NCBI GenBank assembly: GCA_049521795.1
Contig: JBEKOM010000001.1
Location: 256,001 to 320,000 of the forward strand
From: Candidatus Bathyarchaeia archaeon
Lineage (GTDB): Archaea; Thermoproteota; Bathyarchaeia; Bathyarchaeales; Bathycorpusculaceae
Length of the DNA stretch: 64,000 bases
Reading direction: 5' to 3'
Shown here: positions 29,346-39,197 of the stretch, piece after piece
Position numbering within the stretch: the stretch's first letter is position 1
How the letters are laid out: the number at the start of each line of letters is the position of its first letter
Translations under genes and position numbers: made by a program
Notes under the pieces: generated by a model
Databases searched by the model: none
What the model was told of the DNA's origin: nothing
The model's input: the letters and a program-made list of their open reading frames with translations, nothing else

Positions 29346-30680
29346 CTAGGCTTCCATGATTACGCTCAGAACGTCAAGCTTCATAGGTTTCGCTTTGTTG
29401 TTGAGAATTTCTGAAACGCTGGGGACTGTTCTTCCTTCATCTCCGGTCACCAATTCTTTAACGTAGAGTCCTCCTTGACAGCGTATTTTCATTTCAGCCT
29501 TTTTAAGTGACAATTTCTTAACATTCACGTCGTATATGTACTTTTCCCGAGTCATGTCCGCACGTCGATGCAAGACACGAATCGGCGTTTGCTGCTTGAT
29601 CATTGCGTTTCTCAATGTCTCTTCCAATAGCTGCAGATCTTTGGCCGAGACCTTACTATCAAATTCTATTAGGAGACGGTATTCTTTCTGAGTGGATTCG
29701 CCCCTCTTCAGTCTCCTTACGACATTCTTGTCCCCAAACTTTAGGTCCGAAACCTCAACTTTGCCCCTTCCCACAATGTTTACCTCTTCTTCGAGCCTCC
29801 CAAGGTCCAAGAAACGCTTTCTCGGCATTGTGACTTCGATCACAAAAGGTCTACCGTTGCCCAGCATGCGCGCGTCAATATCCTCTCTCCCAGAAGCGTG
29901 AAAAGAAGCTTTCAGGCCGGCTGTCGCTTTCAAGAAGGGCCCTTCGACGATTTCTTGCACCGATTCTGCATACATTTTTCCTGTCCAGTTGCATTTTTCG
30001 CAGCCTTTCCCACGGCAGCTTGAGCAGAACCACTTCGACTGCGGTATGCCTCGGACAAGCTTTCGGTATCTTCCCGCCACGAAAAGCGGGTTCACCTGAA
30101 GCCCGACCTGTCCACTGAAGGGGTTGACGAGCACGACTATTTCGGGCCTTCCAAACTCCACTGTCTTTCCAGTGCGCCGAGCAATCTCTTTTCCTATGAC
30201 CCTTCCGAACTCGTTGCGCATGTTTTCGCCGTGGCCTACTTCAAACTCGGCCTTAAACTCGTCTTCACGTTCCGCAACTGGCACGGGTAGCTCTGTACCG
30301 ACTAGGAAGGTGTTGTACTCAAAATCCTGAAGAAGCTGGAGGGCCATTTTGACCAAATCGTCCTCGGCGGCGAATTTATCAGCGCACAAGTAACATTCTG
30401 TCGGTCGACCATCCGCGGCGTTGGGTTTTCCCATTTCTTGAAGAAGTTCCTTAGCAGTCTCACAGAAGCCGTTCGTCGCCAGTACTCTCAGAGTGCTCAC
30501 GCCCCTTTTCTTATCTGAAAGTGACGACGCGTGGCTCTCCAGGGTTAACACCAGCTTAATCGAGTCTCCTCGCTGGTCATTCTCGATCCCATGGCCAAGA
30601 AGGGCAAACTGTCTTCCCAGACAGTGGTCGCACAGGGGATGTTTTTCGAGCATCTTCAGGGCTGTTTGCAGAATGTCCAT
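29346..30680 (-). CDS. pus10: tRNA pseudouridine(54/55) synthase Pus10
   Basis: LCDHCLGRQF Zn site, GRYRKL, SGREDIDARMLGNGRPF, GLYVKEL. Confidence 0.94.
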   Translation of the reverse strand: MDILQTALKMLEKHPLCDHCLGRQFALLGHGIENDQRGDSIKLVLTLESHASSLSDKKRGVSTLRVLATNGFCETAKELLQEMGKPNAADGRPTECYLCADKFAAEDDLVKMALQLLQDFEYNTFLVGTELPVPVAEREDEFKAEFEVGHGENMRNEFGRVIGKEIARRTGKTVEFGRPEIVVLVNPFSGQVGLQVNPLFVAGRYRKLVRGIPQSKWFCSSCRGKGCEKCNWTGKMYAESVQEIVEGPFLKATAGLKASFHASGREDIDARMLGNGRPFVIEVTMPRKRFLDLGRLEEEVNIVGRGKVEVSDLKFGDKNVVRRLKRGESTQKEYRLLIEFDSKVSAKDLQLLEETLRNAMIKQQTPIRVLHRRADMTREKYIYDVNVKKLSLKKAEMKIRCQGGLYVKELVTGDEGRTVPSVSEILNNKAKPMKLDVLSVIMEA

Positions 30681-30704
30681 AGTGCAACCTTCGTTCCGAC
30701 AGGC

Positions 30705-32039
30705 CTACTTCATGTCAATGGGCAGGTTCTTTCCAAAGAATGGAAACTTCTTTCTGCGCCGCATCGTCTTAAGCATTCGGCGCATCATCACATACTGCTT
30801 CAGAAGCTCTTTTACCTCTTTTTCGTTGGTGCCTGAACCCTTTGCCACACGCTTCGTTCTCGAAGCATTAAAAATCTTTGGGTTATCCCTCTCCTCAGGC
30901 CTCATCGACTGAATCATGACGCGCCACTTTTCCAAACGCCCTTCAGCCATGTTAACCATGTCGTCAGGAATATTGTAAGACATTCCCGGAATCATCTTCA
31001 AAAGTTTCTTGAAGGTGCCCATGCCCTTCAAAGCTTCGAATTGTTCATACATGTCAGTCAACGTGAATTTGCCGCTCAGGATGGCCTTGGCCTTCTTATC
31101 TGGAACAGATATCTCCGCTTCACGCACTTTGTCCAGAAGGGTCTCTAAGTCGCCCATTCCCAAGAGTCTACCAACAAAACGGGAAGGCACAAAAGCCTCT
31201 ATGTCCTCGGTTTTTTCGCCGGTTCCGACGAATTTTATAGGGGCCCCTGTTGCAGCAACGGCGGAGAGAGCTCCTCCGCCCCTAGCAGACCCGTCCAGTT
31301 TAGTGACCATGATAGAGCCGATGGGCGTTGCCTCGTTGAAAGCCTTTGCCTGAGCTAATGCCTGCTGACCTATCGTTCCGTCGATCACAAGCATGACTTC
31401 ATCTGGCTTGATGCTCTTTTCAAGCATCTTCATCTCTTTGATCAGTTCTTGTTCCTCCTTGTGACGACCGGATGTGTCAACGATGATCACGTCCTTCTCG
31501 CCGAACAGCTTTAGGCCCTCATTCACCACTTTGATGGAATCCTTCGCCTTCACATCGCCGTACGAGGGCACGTTTATCCTGTTTGCGAGCTGTTGGAGCT
31601 GTGCAAAGGCCCCAGGCCGAAAAGTGTCCCCGCAGACAAGAGCTGGCTTCAGCCCCCTCTTCTGAAAATATCTCGCAAGCTTGGCCGCCGCGGTTGTTTT
31701 CCCTGAACCTTGAATGCCCACGAGCATCACTAATTTTCTTTTTCCAGGCTCAACCTTCAGCGGCACCGGCTTATCGCCTAGGAAGCGCGTCAACTCTTCA
31801 TAGACAACTTTTATGACGTGTTCGCGTCTAGAAATGCCTGGAGGAACCTTTTCCTTCAAAGCCCTTTCTTCTATTCGTTTAGAGATGCCAAGTACAAGCT
31901 GAACGTTCACGTCAGCCTGAAGCAGTGCTCTCTGGATGTCTCGAACAAGCTCTTTAACGGTAGCTTCATCCACGACCGAAGCTCTGAACACTTTCTTGAG
32001 AGCGTCATAAAGTGAGGAGCCCAGGCGTTCCAGAGACAT
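30705..32039 (-). CDS. srp54: Signal recognition particle protein SRP54
   Basis: GIQGSGKTT, DTSGRH, TKLDGSARGGGALS, M-domain RVAKGSG. Confidence 0.96.
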   Translation of the reverse strand: MSLERLGSSLYDALKKVFRASVVDEATVKELVRDIQRALLQADVNVQLVLGISKRIEERALKEKVPPGISRREHVIKVVYEELTRFLGDKPVPLKVEPGKRKLVMLVGIQGSGKTTAAAKLARYFQKRGLKPALVCGDTFRPGAFAQLQQLANRINVPSYGDVKAKDSIKVVNEGLKLFGEKDVIIVDTSGRHKEEQELIKEMKMLEKSIKPDEVMLVIDGTIGQQALAQAKAFNEATPIGSIMVTKLDGSARGGGALSAVAATGAPIKFVGTGEKTEDIEAFVPSRFVGRLLGMGDLETLLDKVREAEISVPDKKAKAILSGKFTLTDMYEQFEALKGMGTFKKLLKMIPGMSYNIPDDMVNMAEGRLEKWRVMIQSMRPEERDNPKIFNASRTKRVAKGSGTNEKEVKELLKQYVMMRRMLKTMRRRKKFPFFGKNLPIDMK

Positions 32040-32152
32040 GATCTTATCCGTATGTAGAACCTTTCACGCCTTTAATAGCTGTTCCGTAACCCAAGCTCAG
32101 ATTCCATAAACTTTTTACATTCACAAACCCTTAAGAAACGTGAGGGTTTAAT

Positions 32153-32899
32153 TTGAGCGAACAAGTAAGAATCATCGAGCGAAAGAAGATTCCGTCCGGA
32201 GCCACATTGATCTTCGGATTTCCCGACGTTGGACTCGTAGGCGTGATAGCGGCTTCGCATCTGATTGACGAACTCAACCTTGAAGAAGTGGCCTATCTAG
32301 ACTCCAAGCTTCTACCACCACTCATTGTTCTGCACGAAGGCCTACCACACTCTTCGATACGGATTTTCGCAGCCGGCAACATCTTACTAGCAATATCCGA
32401 AGCCCCAATACCTGTCGACATCATCTATCCCATAATGGATGCATTAATCGACTGGGGAAAGAGCAAGAACATCAAGATGATGATTTCACTGAGTGGTCTC
32501 CCCATCCAAGATCGGCAGGACGCCAAGGAGCTGAAAACCTTCGCCGCCGCATCAAGTCCCGAGGCCCTTAAAATGGCTCAGGACAAGAGCATTGAAATTC
32601 TGACGGAAGGCTACATGGTTGGCCCTCAAGCAATCATGCTGCAGCGAGCGGCAAACGCTGGAACTCCAGCTTTAACATTGCTTGCCCAGTGCTTCTTCAA
32701 CTATCCGGACCCAGAAGCAGCGGCTGAAGTCTTGAAAGACCTTGAAAAGATCACAGGAGTGAAAGTCGACGTCGCAAAACTCCTTGAAAAAGGCGAAGAG
32801 ATACGGCTGAGAGCCAGAGATGTCATGAAGAGAACACAGGAAGAGATGTCCAAGATGAAGAAGGGCCAAGAGTACGACATTCCAATGTATGTTTCATAG
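32153..32899 (+). CDS. PAC2-family proteasome assembly chaperone-like protein
   Basis: GFPDVGLVGVIA, YPDPEAAA, LLEKGEEI, C-terminal MY motif. Confidence 0.85.
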   Translation: MSEQVRIIERKKIPSGATLIFGFPDVGLVGVIAASHLIDELNLEEVAYLDSKLLPPLIVLHEGLPHSSIRIFAAGNILLAISEAPIPVDIIYPIMDALIDWGKSKNIKMMISLSGLPIQDRQDAKELKTFAAASSPEALKMAQDKSIEILTEGYMVGPQAIMLQRAANAGTPALTLLAQCFFNYPDPEAAAEVLKDLEKITGVKVDVAKLLEKGEEIRLRARDVMKRTQEEMSKMKKGQEYDIPMYVS

Positions 32900-32913
32900 G
32901 GAGGAAAAGTGGA

Positions 32914-33348
32914 ATGGCGATAAGAAGAAAACGTTCAGTTTCCGAAATAATCGACGAGTATTTTGCAGACTTTGACAAGTGGGCTGAAGGCTTCAGAGAA
33001 GTCTTCACGGACAGACCAAGTTGGAACCTTCGCAACTGCTCAATAGAACCCCTCCGCGACATGATGATGACTCCGAAAGAAGTGTTGGTCACTGTTGACC
33101 TACCCTTCACAAGCAAGAGCACGGTGAAGGTTGAGCCGGTTGGCAGCAACTCGCTCGAAATAACGGCAAAGATGAAAAAGAAAATACGACTTAACGACCT
33201 TGGAATAACCTACTGCAGAGGAGAATTTCAAAAATTCCATAGCCATATGTTTATTCCAGTTTCAGTCAACATGAAGAAAATGCAAGTTCAATACAAAAAG
33301 GGCATCTTAGAGATACACTTGCCGCGCAAACATCAACTTTCAACATAA
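32914..33348 (+). CDS. Small heat-shock protein (Hsp20/alpha-crystallin family), divergent
   Basis: EPLRD..VLVTVDLP, YKKGILEIHLP. Confidence 0.75.
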   Translation: MAIRRKRSVSEIIDEYFADFDKWAEGFREVFTDRPSWNLRNCSIEPLRDMMMTPKEVLVTVDLPFTSKSTVKVEPVGSNSLEITAKMKKKIRLNDLGITYCRGEFQKFHSHMFIPVSVNMKKMQVQYKKGILEIHLPRKHQLST

Positions 33349-33498
33349 GAAAAGGCTGAAGCCTCAGACATTTGAATTATCGTCACAGATCAGACGGCTC
33401 TTCTTTACATCATCGGCCTCACCAACGTGGTGGCCAGACACGAAGATAAACTTTGACGGAAAATCTTTTATCGACAAAACGATGCTCAGTTGTAAGGA

Positions 33499-33747
33499 TT
33501 GAAAAACAGGCGAAAATCATTGACGGCCGAACGCGCGATCCACTTCGCCATATTTACATTTCTTCTGATCGGTTTAGGAAGTGTGAGCGCTTGGGCATGC
33601 TACACGTACCTGCTCGAATTGATACTCAAAATCGCGGTCATTGCATTGAGTTGGGGAACGATACTTTTGGTTTTCTACGTGGGCTTTGGAAAACTGGGCT
33701 GGGACTGGTGGAGCCAGAGAAAAAGTGAACCAGATAAAAAAAGCTAG
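33499..33747 (+). CDS. Small two-TM membrane protein, unknown function
   Basis: 82 aa with basic N-terminus and two hydrophobic helices; fills the gap before eIF5A. Confidence 0.5.
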   Translation: MKNRRKSLTAERAIHFAIFTFLLIGLGSVSAWACYTYLLELILKIAVIALSWGTILLVFYVGFGKLGWDWWSQRKSEPDKKS

Positions 33748-33767
33748 CTCAAGAAAGGTCCTGCAGT

Positions 33768-34160
33768 CTACTTTGTTCTCATGATTTTGGTTCTGCCAAG
33801 AATCTTCCAGTACTCAACCTCGACGCCTTGAGTGAGCTTGGCTTTCAACTCTTCCTCCTGCGGGAAAGGAGCATCAAAGTACTCGTAGGTTTCCAAATCC
33901 ATTATTTGGACCCCAGAAGGGGTGACAGCAAACACTTGGCCCATTCTTTTGTCGATTATCGGCACTTCCGCGCCAAGATCAACAGGTTTAACAAACTGAC
34001 GTTTCTGACCGTCAAACACGCCGATCGCAACTATTCTAAACTTGGCAGAACCGTGCTTACCAGGCTTCGACTTCGTAATGTCAACGATGTGGCAAGGTTC
34101 ACCATCAATAATCATGTAGCCCCCAACGCGCAGGCTTCCAACGTCAACAGGTTTGCTCAT
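33768..34160 (-). CDS. eif5a: Translation factor aIF-5A
   Basis: Hypusine motif SKPGKHGSAK. Confidence 0.96.
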   Translation of the reverse strand: MSKPVDVGSLRVGGYMIIDGEPCHIVDITKSKPGKHGSAKFRIVAIGVFDGQKRQFVKPVDLGAEVPIIDKRMGQVFAVTPSGVQIMDLETYEYFDAPFPQEEELKAKLTQGVEVEYWKILGRTKIMRTK

Positions 34161-34246
34161 ATTCTCACTAACAGCCCACGATCACTATCCTCAGCAATTT
34201 TGAACAACATCCATATATAGCTTAAGGTGGCGCTACTACGCTGAAG

Positions 34247-35095
34247 GTGAAAGCCTTGTTCAAAAGCGTCGGCCTGGTTGCACGGTTCGACAGAAAAAAA
34301 GCAGTCAGACTGGCAGAAGACCTGGCCAAGCACCTGAGAGCACGGGGCTTAGAGGTCTATGCAGAAGAGACGCTGGTCAAAAAAACACGCATTAAAGAAA
34401 AATCTGTAACACTGGAGCACATGAAGACTGACTTCATAATCGCGATAGGCGGAGACGGAACAATCCTTAGAACCTGCATTTCGATCGCCAAGCCAGAGCC
34501 TCCGATACTCGGCATAAACATGGGCGTAAGGGGTTTTCTGACAGAAGTAGAACCGAAAGAGGCTTTCACAGCCGTGGACAAGTGCTTAAATGGCGAGTTC
34601 AGAATTGAAAAGTGCATGAAACTCTCCGTCATAGCAGACGGATTGAAGCTTCCAGAAGCTTTGAACGAAGTTGTAATCTCAGCCGATGAACCTGCAAAGC
34701 TGCTTTATGCTCGAGTCTTCAGAGACGAAGAATCAATCATAGGCTGCCAGTCAGATGGATTGATGGTGGCCACACAAACCGGCTCCACAGGCTATTCGCT
34801 CTCTGCGGGAGGGCCCGTTCTGGACCCTGGAGTAGACGCCTTCGTCCTCACACCAATTTGCCCGCTGACGATTTTTCGACCAATCGTTTTTCCCGCGAAC
34901 TCAACACTCGCAATTGAAGTTAGCAAACCGAGAAGAATACAGGTGCTGATAGATGGACACCATCGGCAACTCGTTACGTCCAGAGTTCCACGCCTCACCG
35001 TCACACGGTCAAAGAATGAGACATCCTTCATAAGATTCCGAGAGAATCTGTACCACCGATTAAGAAGCAGACTCTTTTTCAAGGGAATGAGGTGA
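34247..35095 (+). CDS. nadK: NAD(+) kinase
   Basis: IGGDGT, GFLT, ALNE, TGSTGYSLSAGGP. Confidence 0.92.
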   Translation: MKALFKSVGLVARFDRKKAVRLAEDLAKHLRARGLEVYAEETLVKKTRIKEKSVTLEHMKTDFIIAIGGDGTILRTCISIAKPEPPILGINMGVRGFLTEVEPKEAFTAVDKCLNGEFRIEKCMKLSVIADGLKLPEALNEVVISADEPAKLLYARVFRDEESIIGCQSDGLMVATQTGSTGYSLSAGGPVLDPGVDAFVLTPICPLTIFRPIVFPANSTLAIEVSKPRRIQVLIDGHHRQLVTSRVPRLTVTRSKNETSFIRFRENLYHRLRSRLFFKGMR

Positions 35096-35640
35096 AAGCC
35101 TTAAGCAACCCGACAGGCAGAAGAGCCATCGTCTTAGACACCTCTGCTCTCGTCGCCGGCTTGGACCCTTTCCAGATGAATGACGACCAGTACACCGTTC
35201 CAGCAGTCAGAGACGAGATCGCAGAGAACTCGATTCTCGGGTTCAGACTTCAAACCGCTGAAGAAAACGGTAAAGTGAAAGTTGAAAACCCAGACAAGAC
35301 TTACTTGGAGAAAGCTAAAGATTCAGCGAAAGAAGTAGGGGATCTCTACTTCCTGTCAGAAGCAGACCTGCAAGTCTTGGCACTGGCCCTCGAACTCAGA
35401 TCGCGCGGCTGGTCCCCGTTAATAGCCACGGACGACTATTCAATACAGAACGTCGCGAAACAGGTCGAAATACCGTTCGCCCCACTTGCTACCTTCGGCA
35501 TTCGCCGCCGCCTGCAATGGTTGCGATATTGCCCCGCTTGCCACAAGACATACTCTGCGGGCTACAAGGACTCAAAATGTGAAGTGTGCGGAACAGAGCT
35601 GAAGAGAAAACCTCTTCGAACAAAGGACTCTGAGCGTTAG
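35092..35640 (+). CDS. nob1: Nob1-like PIN endonuclease with Zn ribbon
   Basis: VLDTSA, LSEAD, TDDYSIQNVA, CPAC...CEVCG. Confidence 0.9.
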   Translation: MKALSNPTGRRAIVLDTSALVAGLDPFQMNDDQYTVPAVRDEIAENSILGFRLQTAEENGKVKVENPDKTYLEKAKDSAKEVGDLYFLSEADLQVLALALELRSRGWSPLIATDDYSIQNVAKQVEIPFAPLATFGIRRRLQWLRYCPACHKTYSAGYKDSKCEVCGTELKRKPLRTKDSER

Positions 35641-35704
35641 AAATTCCAAAACTATAAGACAAACTCCACAGTTTTATAAGCTTGCCATCGATGAGGAAGA
35701 AACT

Positions 35705-36280
35705 ATGAGTCTCGTTGAAGAAAAGACTGTCTACTTCGCAAAAGCAGGCGAGCAAAACACTGACACTCTTCTGGAAGTCGTGAAGAAATACGTGGAAAAG
35801 GAAGACATAAAAGACATCGTGGTTGCGTCAACAACCGGTCAAACGGGAGCAAAAGCGGCTGAGATGTTTAAGGGCCGCAATGTTGTCATCGTTACACATT
35901 GTTTCGGTTTCAAAGAGCCTGGCAAGAGTGAACTCAAGGATGAGTATGAGAGAAGAATCCTGGCAAACGGAGCAGCGATTTTCGCGGGCACCCACGCCTT
36001 GAGCAGCGCTGAAAGAGCTGTGCGCAAAGATTTCGGCACAATCCAGCCTTTGGAGCTGATGGCAAACGTGCTCCGCCGTATGGGTGAAGGAACAAAAGTA
36101 TGCGTTGAGATAAGTTTGATGGCCGCAGATGCTGGTTTGATTCCGGCCAACGAGGACATTATAGCTATCGGCGGAACCGGTCGAGGCGCCGACACCGCAC
36201 TTCGGATACACCCTGCAAACGCTGGAAAATTCTTCGATTTAAAGATAAGACAGGTAATAGCGAAACCGCACGACTTCTAG
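35705..36280 (+). CDS. Pyruvate kinase C-terminal-like alpha/beta domain protein (MTH1675-like)
   Basis: IVVASTTGQTG, VTH, GTKVCVEISLMAADAG, GGTGRGADTA. Confidence 0.82.
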   Translation: MSLVEEKTVYFAKAGEQNTDTLLEVVKKYVEKEDIKDIVVASTTGQTGAKAAEMFKGRNVVIVTHCFGFKEPGKSELKDEYERRILANGAAIFAGTHALSSAERAVRKDFGTIQPLELMANVLRRMGEGTKVCVEISLMAADAGLIPANEDIIAIGGTGRGADTALRIHPANAGKFFDLKIRQVIAKPHDF

Positions 36281-36352
36281 AAATGCAGACTGTTCGAAGT
36301 TCATCGCAGGCAAATGTGCGGAGACTTAATCTAGCTTTTTCGTGAGAAACGA

Positions 36353-36781
36353 TCAGACATCGCTGCTGTCCCGCTTGCTGAAATACATTATATCATGATG
36401 CTCCTCATAGCCGCACTTTCTGAAGAGGTTTCTTGACGCAACATTCGGACCTTCAATCAAGACACAGAAGATTCTCACACCGCGTTTTCTGAGGATTCTC
36501 TCGCTTTCATCGATCAGAGCCCTCGCTATGCCGCGGTTTCTGAAGGCCGGATGCACAGCTAAACGGTTTATCCAACCCTTTCTCAGGTCACAACTTATGA
36601 CTACTGTCCCAACAAGAAGCCCTTGCTCGAAGGCCCCCAAGAAAAAGTCTGGATTAGCTTTCATTTCCAACGCTATTGCTTGCTCGCTGTCACGTCCCCT
36701 CGGTTTATGAGGCAGCTGGGCGGTAGACCAGAACCTCACGATTTCGTTGTAGTCTACTGCTGTTAGCCTACGGATTTCCAT
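36353..36781 (-). CDS. GNAT family N-acetyltransferase
   Basis: LAVHPAFRNRGIA acetyl-CoA motif A; N..S..LF.K.GY. Confidence 0.88.
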   Translation of the reverse strand: MEIRRLTAVDYNEIVRFWSTAQLPHKPRGRDSEQAIALEMKANPDFFLGAFEQGLLVGTVVISCDLRKGWINRLAVHPAFRNRGIARALIDESERILRKRGVRIFCVLIEGPNVASRNLFRKCGYEEHHDIMYFSKRDSSDV

Positions 36782-36799
36782 TTGAACACGCGTGCAGAC

Positions 36800-38143
36800 C
36801 TAGCTTTCCTTTTCAACTTCTCTTGTGACGTCCTCAATTATGTCCAGTGCCGTATCCACAAGCTCTCTGGTTATGATCAGAGGCGGGGCAACTCTAATGG
36901 TTGAAGCCCCGCAGGTAATGACGTTGATCCCTCTTTTCCATGAGCGGGTCATTATCTCGCTTACTTTTTGAGGTGCGGGCTTCTTGCTTTCCTTGTCTTC
37001 AACGATTTCCATTCCTATCATCAAACCCTTGCCCCTGACGTCTCCCACGATTTCACTCTTCTCTTTCAGTTCTGTGAGCCGCTTCATGATGTAAGCACCT
37101 TCCTTCGTCGCGTTCTCAAGAAGCTTTTCTTCCTTTATGACGTCAATCACCGCGCTTGCCGCGACACATGACAATGGGTTGCCGCCAAACGTGCTTGCGT
37201 GAGAGCCTGGAACCCAATCCATGATTTTGGCTTTAGCTACAGTCGCTCCCAAAGGAAGTCCCGAAGCCAGAGCCTTTGAGGTACAAAGGATGTCTGGTTC
37301 AACGCCCCAATGTTCAATTGCAAACCATTTTCCACTTCTGCCCATTCCTGATTGTACTTCGTCGTCTATCAGCAGCAGCCCATATTTGTCGGCGAGTTTC
37401 CTCAGTCGCTGGAAGTATTCTGGTGGTGGCACAACGTATCCGCCTTCACCTTGTATGGGTTCAACCACAATTCCAGCAGTGTCTTCAGCAGGAACGTACT
37501 TCTGCAGAACCTGTTCATCAATAAAGTCTACACACCAGTAGTGGCACTCAGGGAGTGTCAGCTTGAACGGGCATCTGTAGCAGTACCCGTAAGGAACATG
37601 AGTTACCCCAGGCATCAACGGGAAGAAATAGCGTTTCTGAGTCGGCTTGCTGGCTGTTAAGGACAGTGCTCCCACTGTGCGACCATGGAAAGAGCCTGTG
37701 AACGCTATGAACAGCTGTTTGCGGCTGTGCCATTTTGCAAGCTTGACAGCAGCTTCTATTGCTTCGGCTCCACTGTTGCCAAAATAAACCTTCTTTTCGG
37801 GGCTTCCAGGTGTAACATGCGCCAGTTTGTCCGCGAGCTCGACGACCTCCCTGTAGAAGAAGTCCGTGTTTGAGTAGTGCAGAAAGCGGTCGCACTGATT
37901 CTTTATGGCTGCAACCACTTTGGGATGGTTGTGGCCGACGTTCATGCACACCAAGCCAGAGTTGAAGTCGATGTACTCGTTGCCGTCGACATCCTTCACG
38001 ATGCAGCCTCTGCCTGACTCGACGACAAGGGGATAGAATCGACCGTAGGAAGGCGAAATGAGTGTTTCGTCTTTTCTAACTAGTTCTCTTGCTTTAGGGC
38101 CCGGTGGAGTGACAATAATCTTCGGATAACTAGCCATTTCCAT
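36800..38143 (-). CDS. Class III PLP-dependent aminotransferase (ornithine/GABA aminotransferase-like)
   Basis: DVDGNEYIDF, SGAEAIE, FHGRT, EPIQGEGG, DEVQSGMGRSG, SKALASG. Confidence 0.9.
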   Translation of the reverse strand: MEMASYPKIIVTPPGPKARELVRKDETLISPSYGRFYPLVVESGRGCIVKDVDGNEYIDFNSGLVCMNVGHNHPKVVAAIKNQCDRFLHYSNTDFFYREVVELADKLAHVTPGSPEKKVYFGNSGAEAIEAAVKLAKWHSRKQLFIAFTGSFHGRTVGALSLTASKPTQKRYFFPLMPGVTHVPYGYCYRCPFKLTLPECHYWCVDFIDEQVLQKYVPAEDTAGIVVEPIQGEGGYVVPPPEYFQRLRKLADKYGLLLIDDEVQSGMGRSGKWFAIEHWGVEPDILCTSKALASGLPLGATVAKAKIMDWVPGSHASTFGGNPLSCVAASAVIDVIKEEKLLENATKEGAYIMKRLTELKEKSEIVGDVRGKGLMIGMEIVEDKESKKPAPQKVSEIMTRSWKRGINVITCGASTIRVAPPLIITRELVDTALDIIEDVTREVEKES

Positions 38144-38264
38144 CACCGATTGGAGCTAGACGATTAGAAAGCACGGTTTTATATAAGTATCTGTAAATCT
38201 TCAAAAAATCACATAAAAAAAGCGTGGCTATTGGCGCAGTGTCTACTCGCACTGTGGGGTTAGC

Positions 38265-39191
38265 TCATGCTTTTGCATAGAGAGCGAGTTGAGACGCGTT
38301 ACCGGATGCCAGCTTGCGATATTGCTCCCAGTCCTCGTCAATCCATTTGTGGATCTTTTCAATGTCCTCTTCCGACATGTTGCGGAATCGACCTTGTGAC
38401 GTAAAATACTCCTTGACGGGCTTGCGCTTGGCCTTGTCAACTAGTCGGTCGCTGGGAGAGTTGAGCTTGAACTTTCCATCCTCAATCTCGTAAAGAGCCC
38501 ACAAGCCGGTCAGCACTGCGAGCCGACCTATTTCTATCGTTTTGCTGGTGTCGTATCGCCACCCAGTTGGGCATGGTGCTAGGAGGTGGATGTACTTTGT
38601 TCCTTTGATCTCCTTGGCTTTTCTAAGCTTGTTCACAAAGTCCAATGGGTAGGAGGTGCAAGCAGTCGCGACGTAGGGTATTCTGTGGGCAGCCATTATG
38701 AGCGGCATGTCCTTCTTGCGCTCTCTCTTTCCAGACGGCGTAGTCGTGGTCCAAGCCCCGTAGGGTGTAGCTCCACTTCGCTGCATTCCAGTGTTGCCGT
38801 AGGCTTCGTTGTCATAGCATATGTAGATGAAGTTGGTTCCTCTTTCAGCCGCTCCTGACAGGGCTTGAATTCCAATGTCAACGGTTCCGCCGTCTCCAGC
38901 CCAGCCCACGACGGTGATGTCTTCGAGGTTTCTCTTCTTCAATGCCGCAACGATTCCTGATGCTGCCGCACCTGTAGACTCGAACAATACGTTTTCAAGA
39001 GGAACAGCAGAAGAAGTGTAAGGATAGGGTCCTTGAATCACTGTTGTACAGCAGGCTGGGACAACCATTATGATCTTGTTGCCTAACGCTTTAAAGAGTG
39101 AGCGCAGTGATACAGCTGGACCGCAGCCAGCACAGGCAGCATGACCTTTCAGCAGGTACTCTTCCTTTGGAAGATCTTTTATCGTCACCAT
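38265..39191 (-). CDS. porB: 2-oxoacid (pyruvate):ferredoxin oxidoreductase beta subunit
   Basis: ACAGCG, GDGGTVDIG, YDNEAYGNTG.QRS, PCPTGW. Confidence 0.92.
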   Translation of the reverse strand: MVTIKDLPKEEYLLKGHAACAGCGPAVSLRSLFKALGNKIIMVVPACCTTVIQGPYPYTSSAVPLENVLFESTGAAASGIVAALKKRNLEDITVVGWAGDGGTVDIGIQALSGAAERGTNFIYICYDNEAYGNTGMQRSGATPYGAWTTTTPSGKRERKKDMPLIMAAHRIPYVATACTSYPLDFVNKLRKAKEIKGTKYIHLLAPCPTGWRYDTSKTIEIGRLAVLTGLWALYEIEDGKFKLNSPSDRLVDKAKRKPVKEYFTSQGRFRNMSEEDIEKIHKWIDEDWEQYRKLASGNASQLALYAKA

Positions 39192-39197
39192 GCTTTT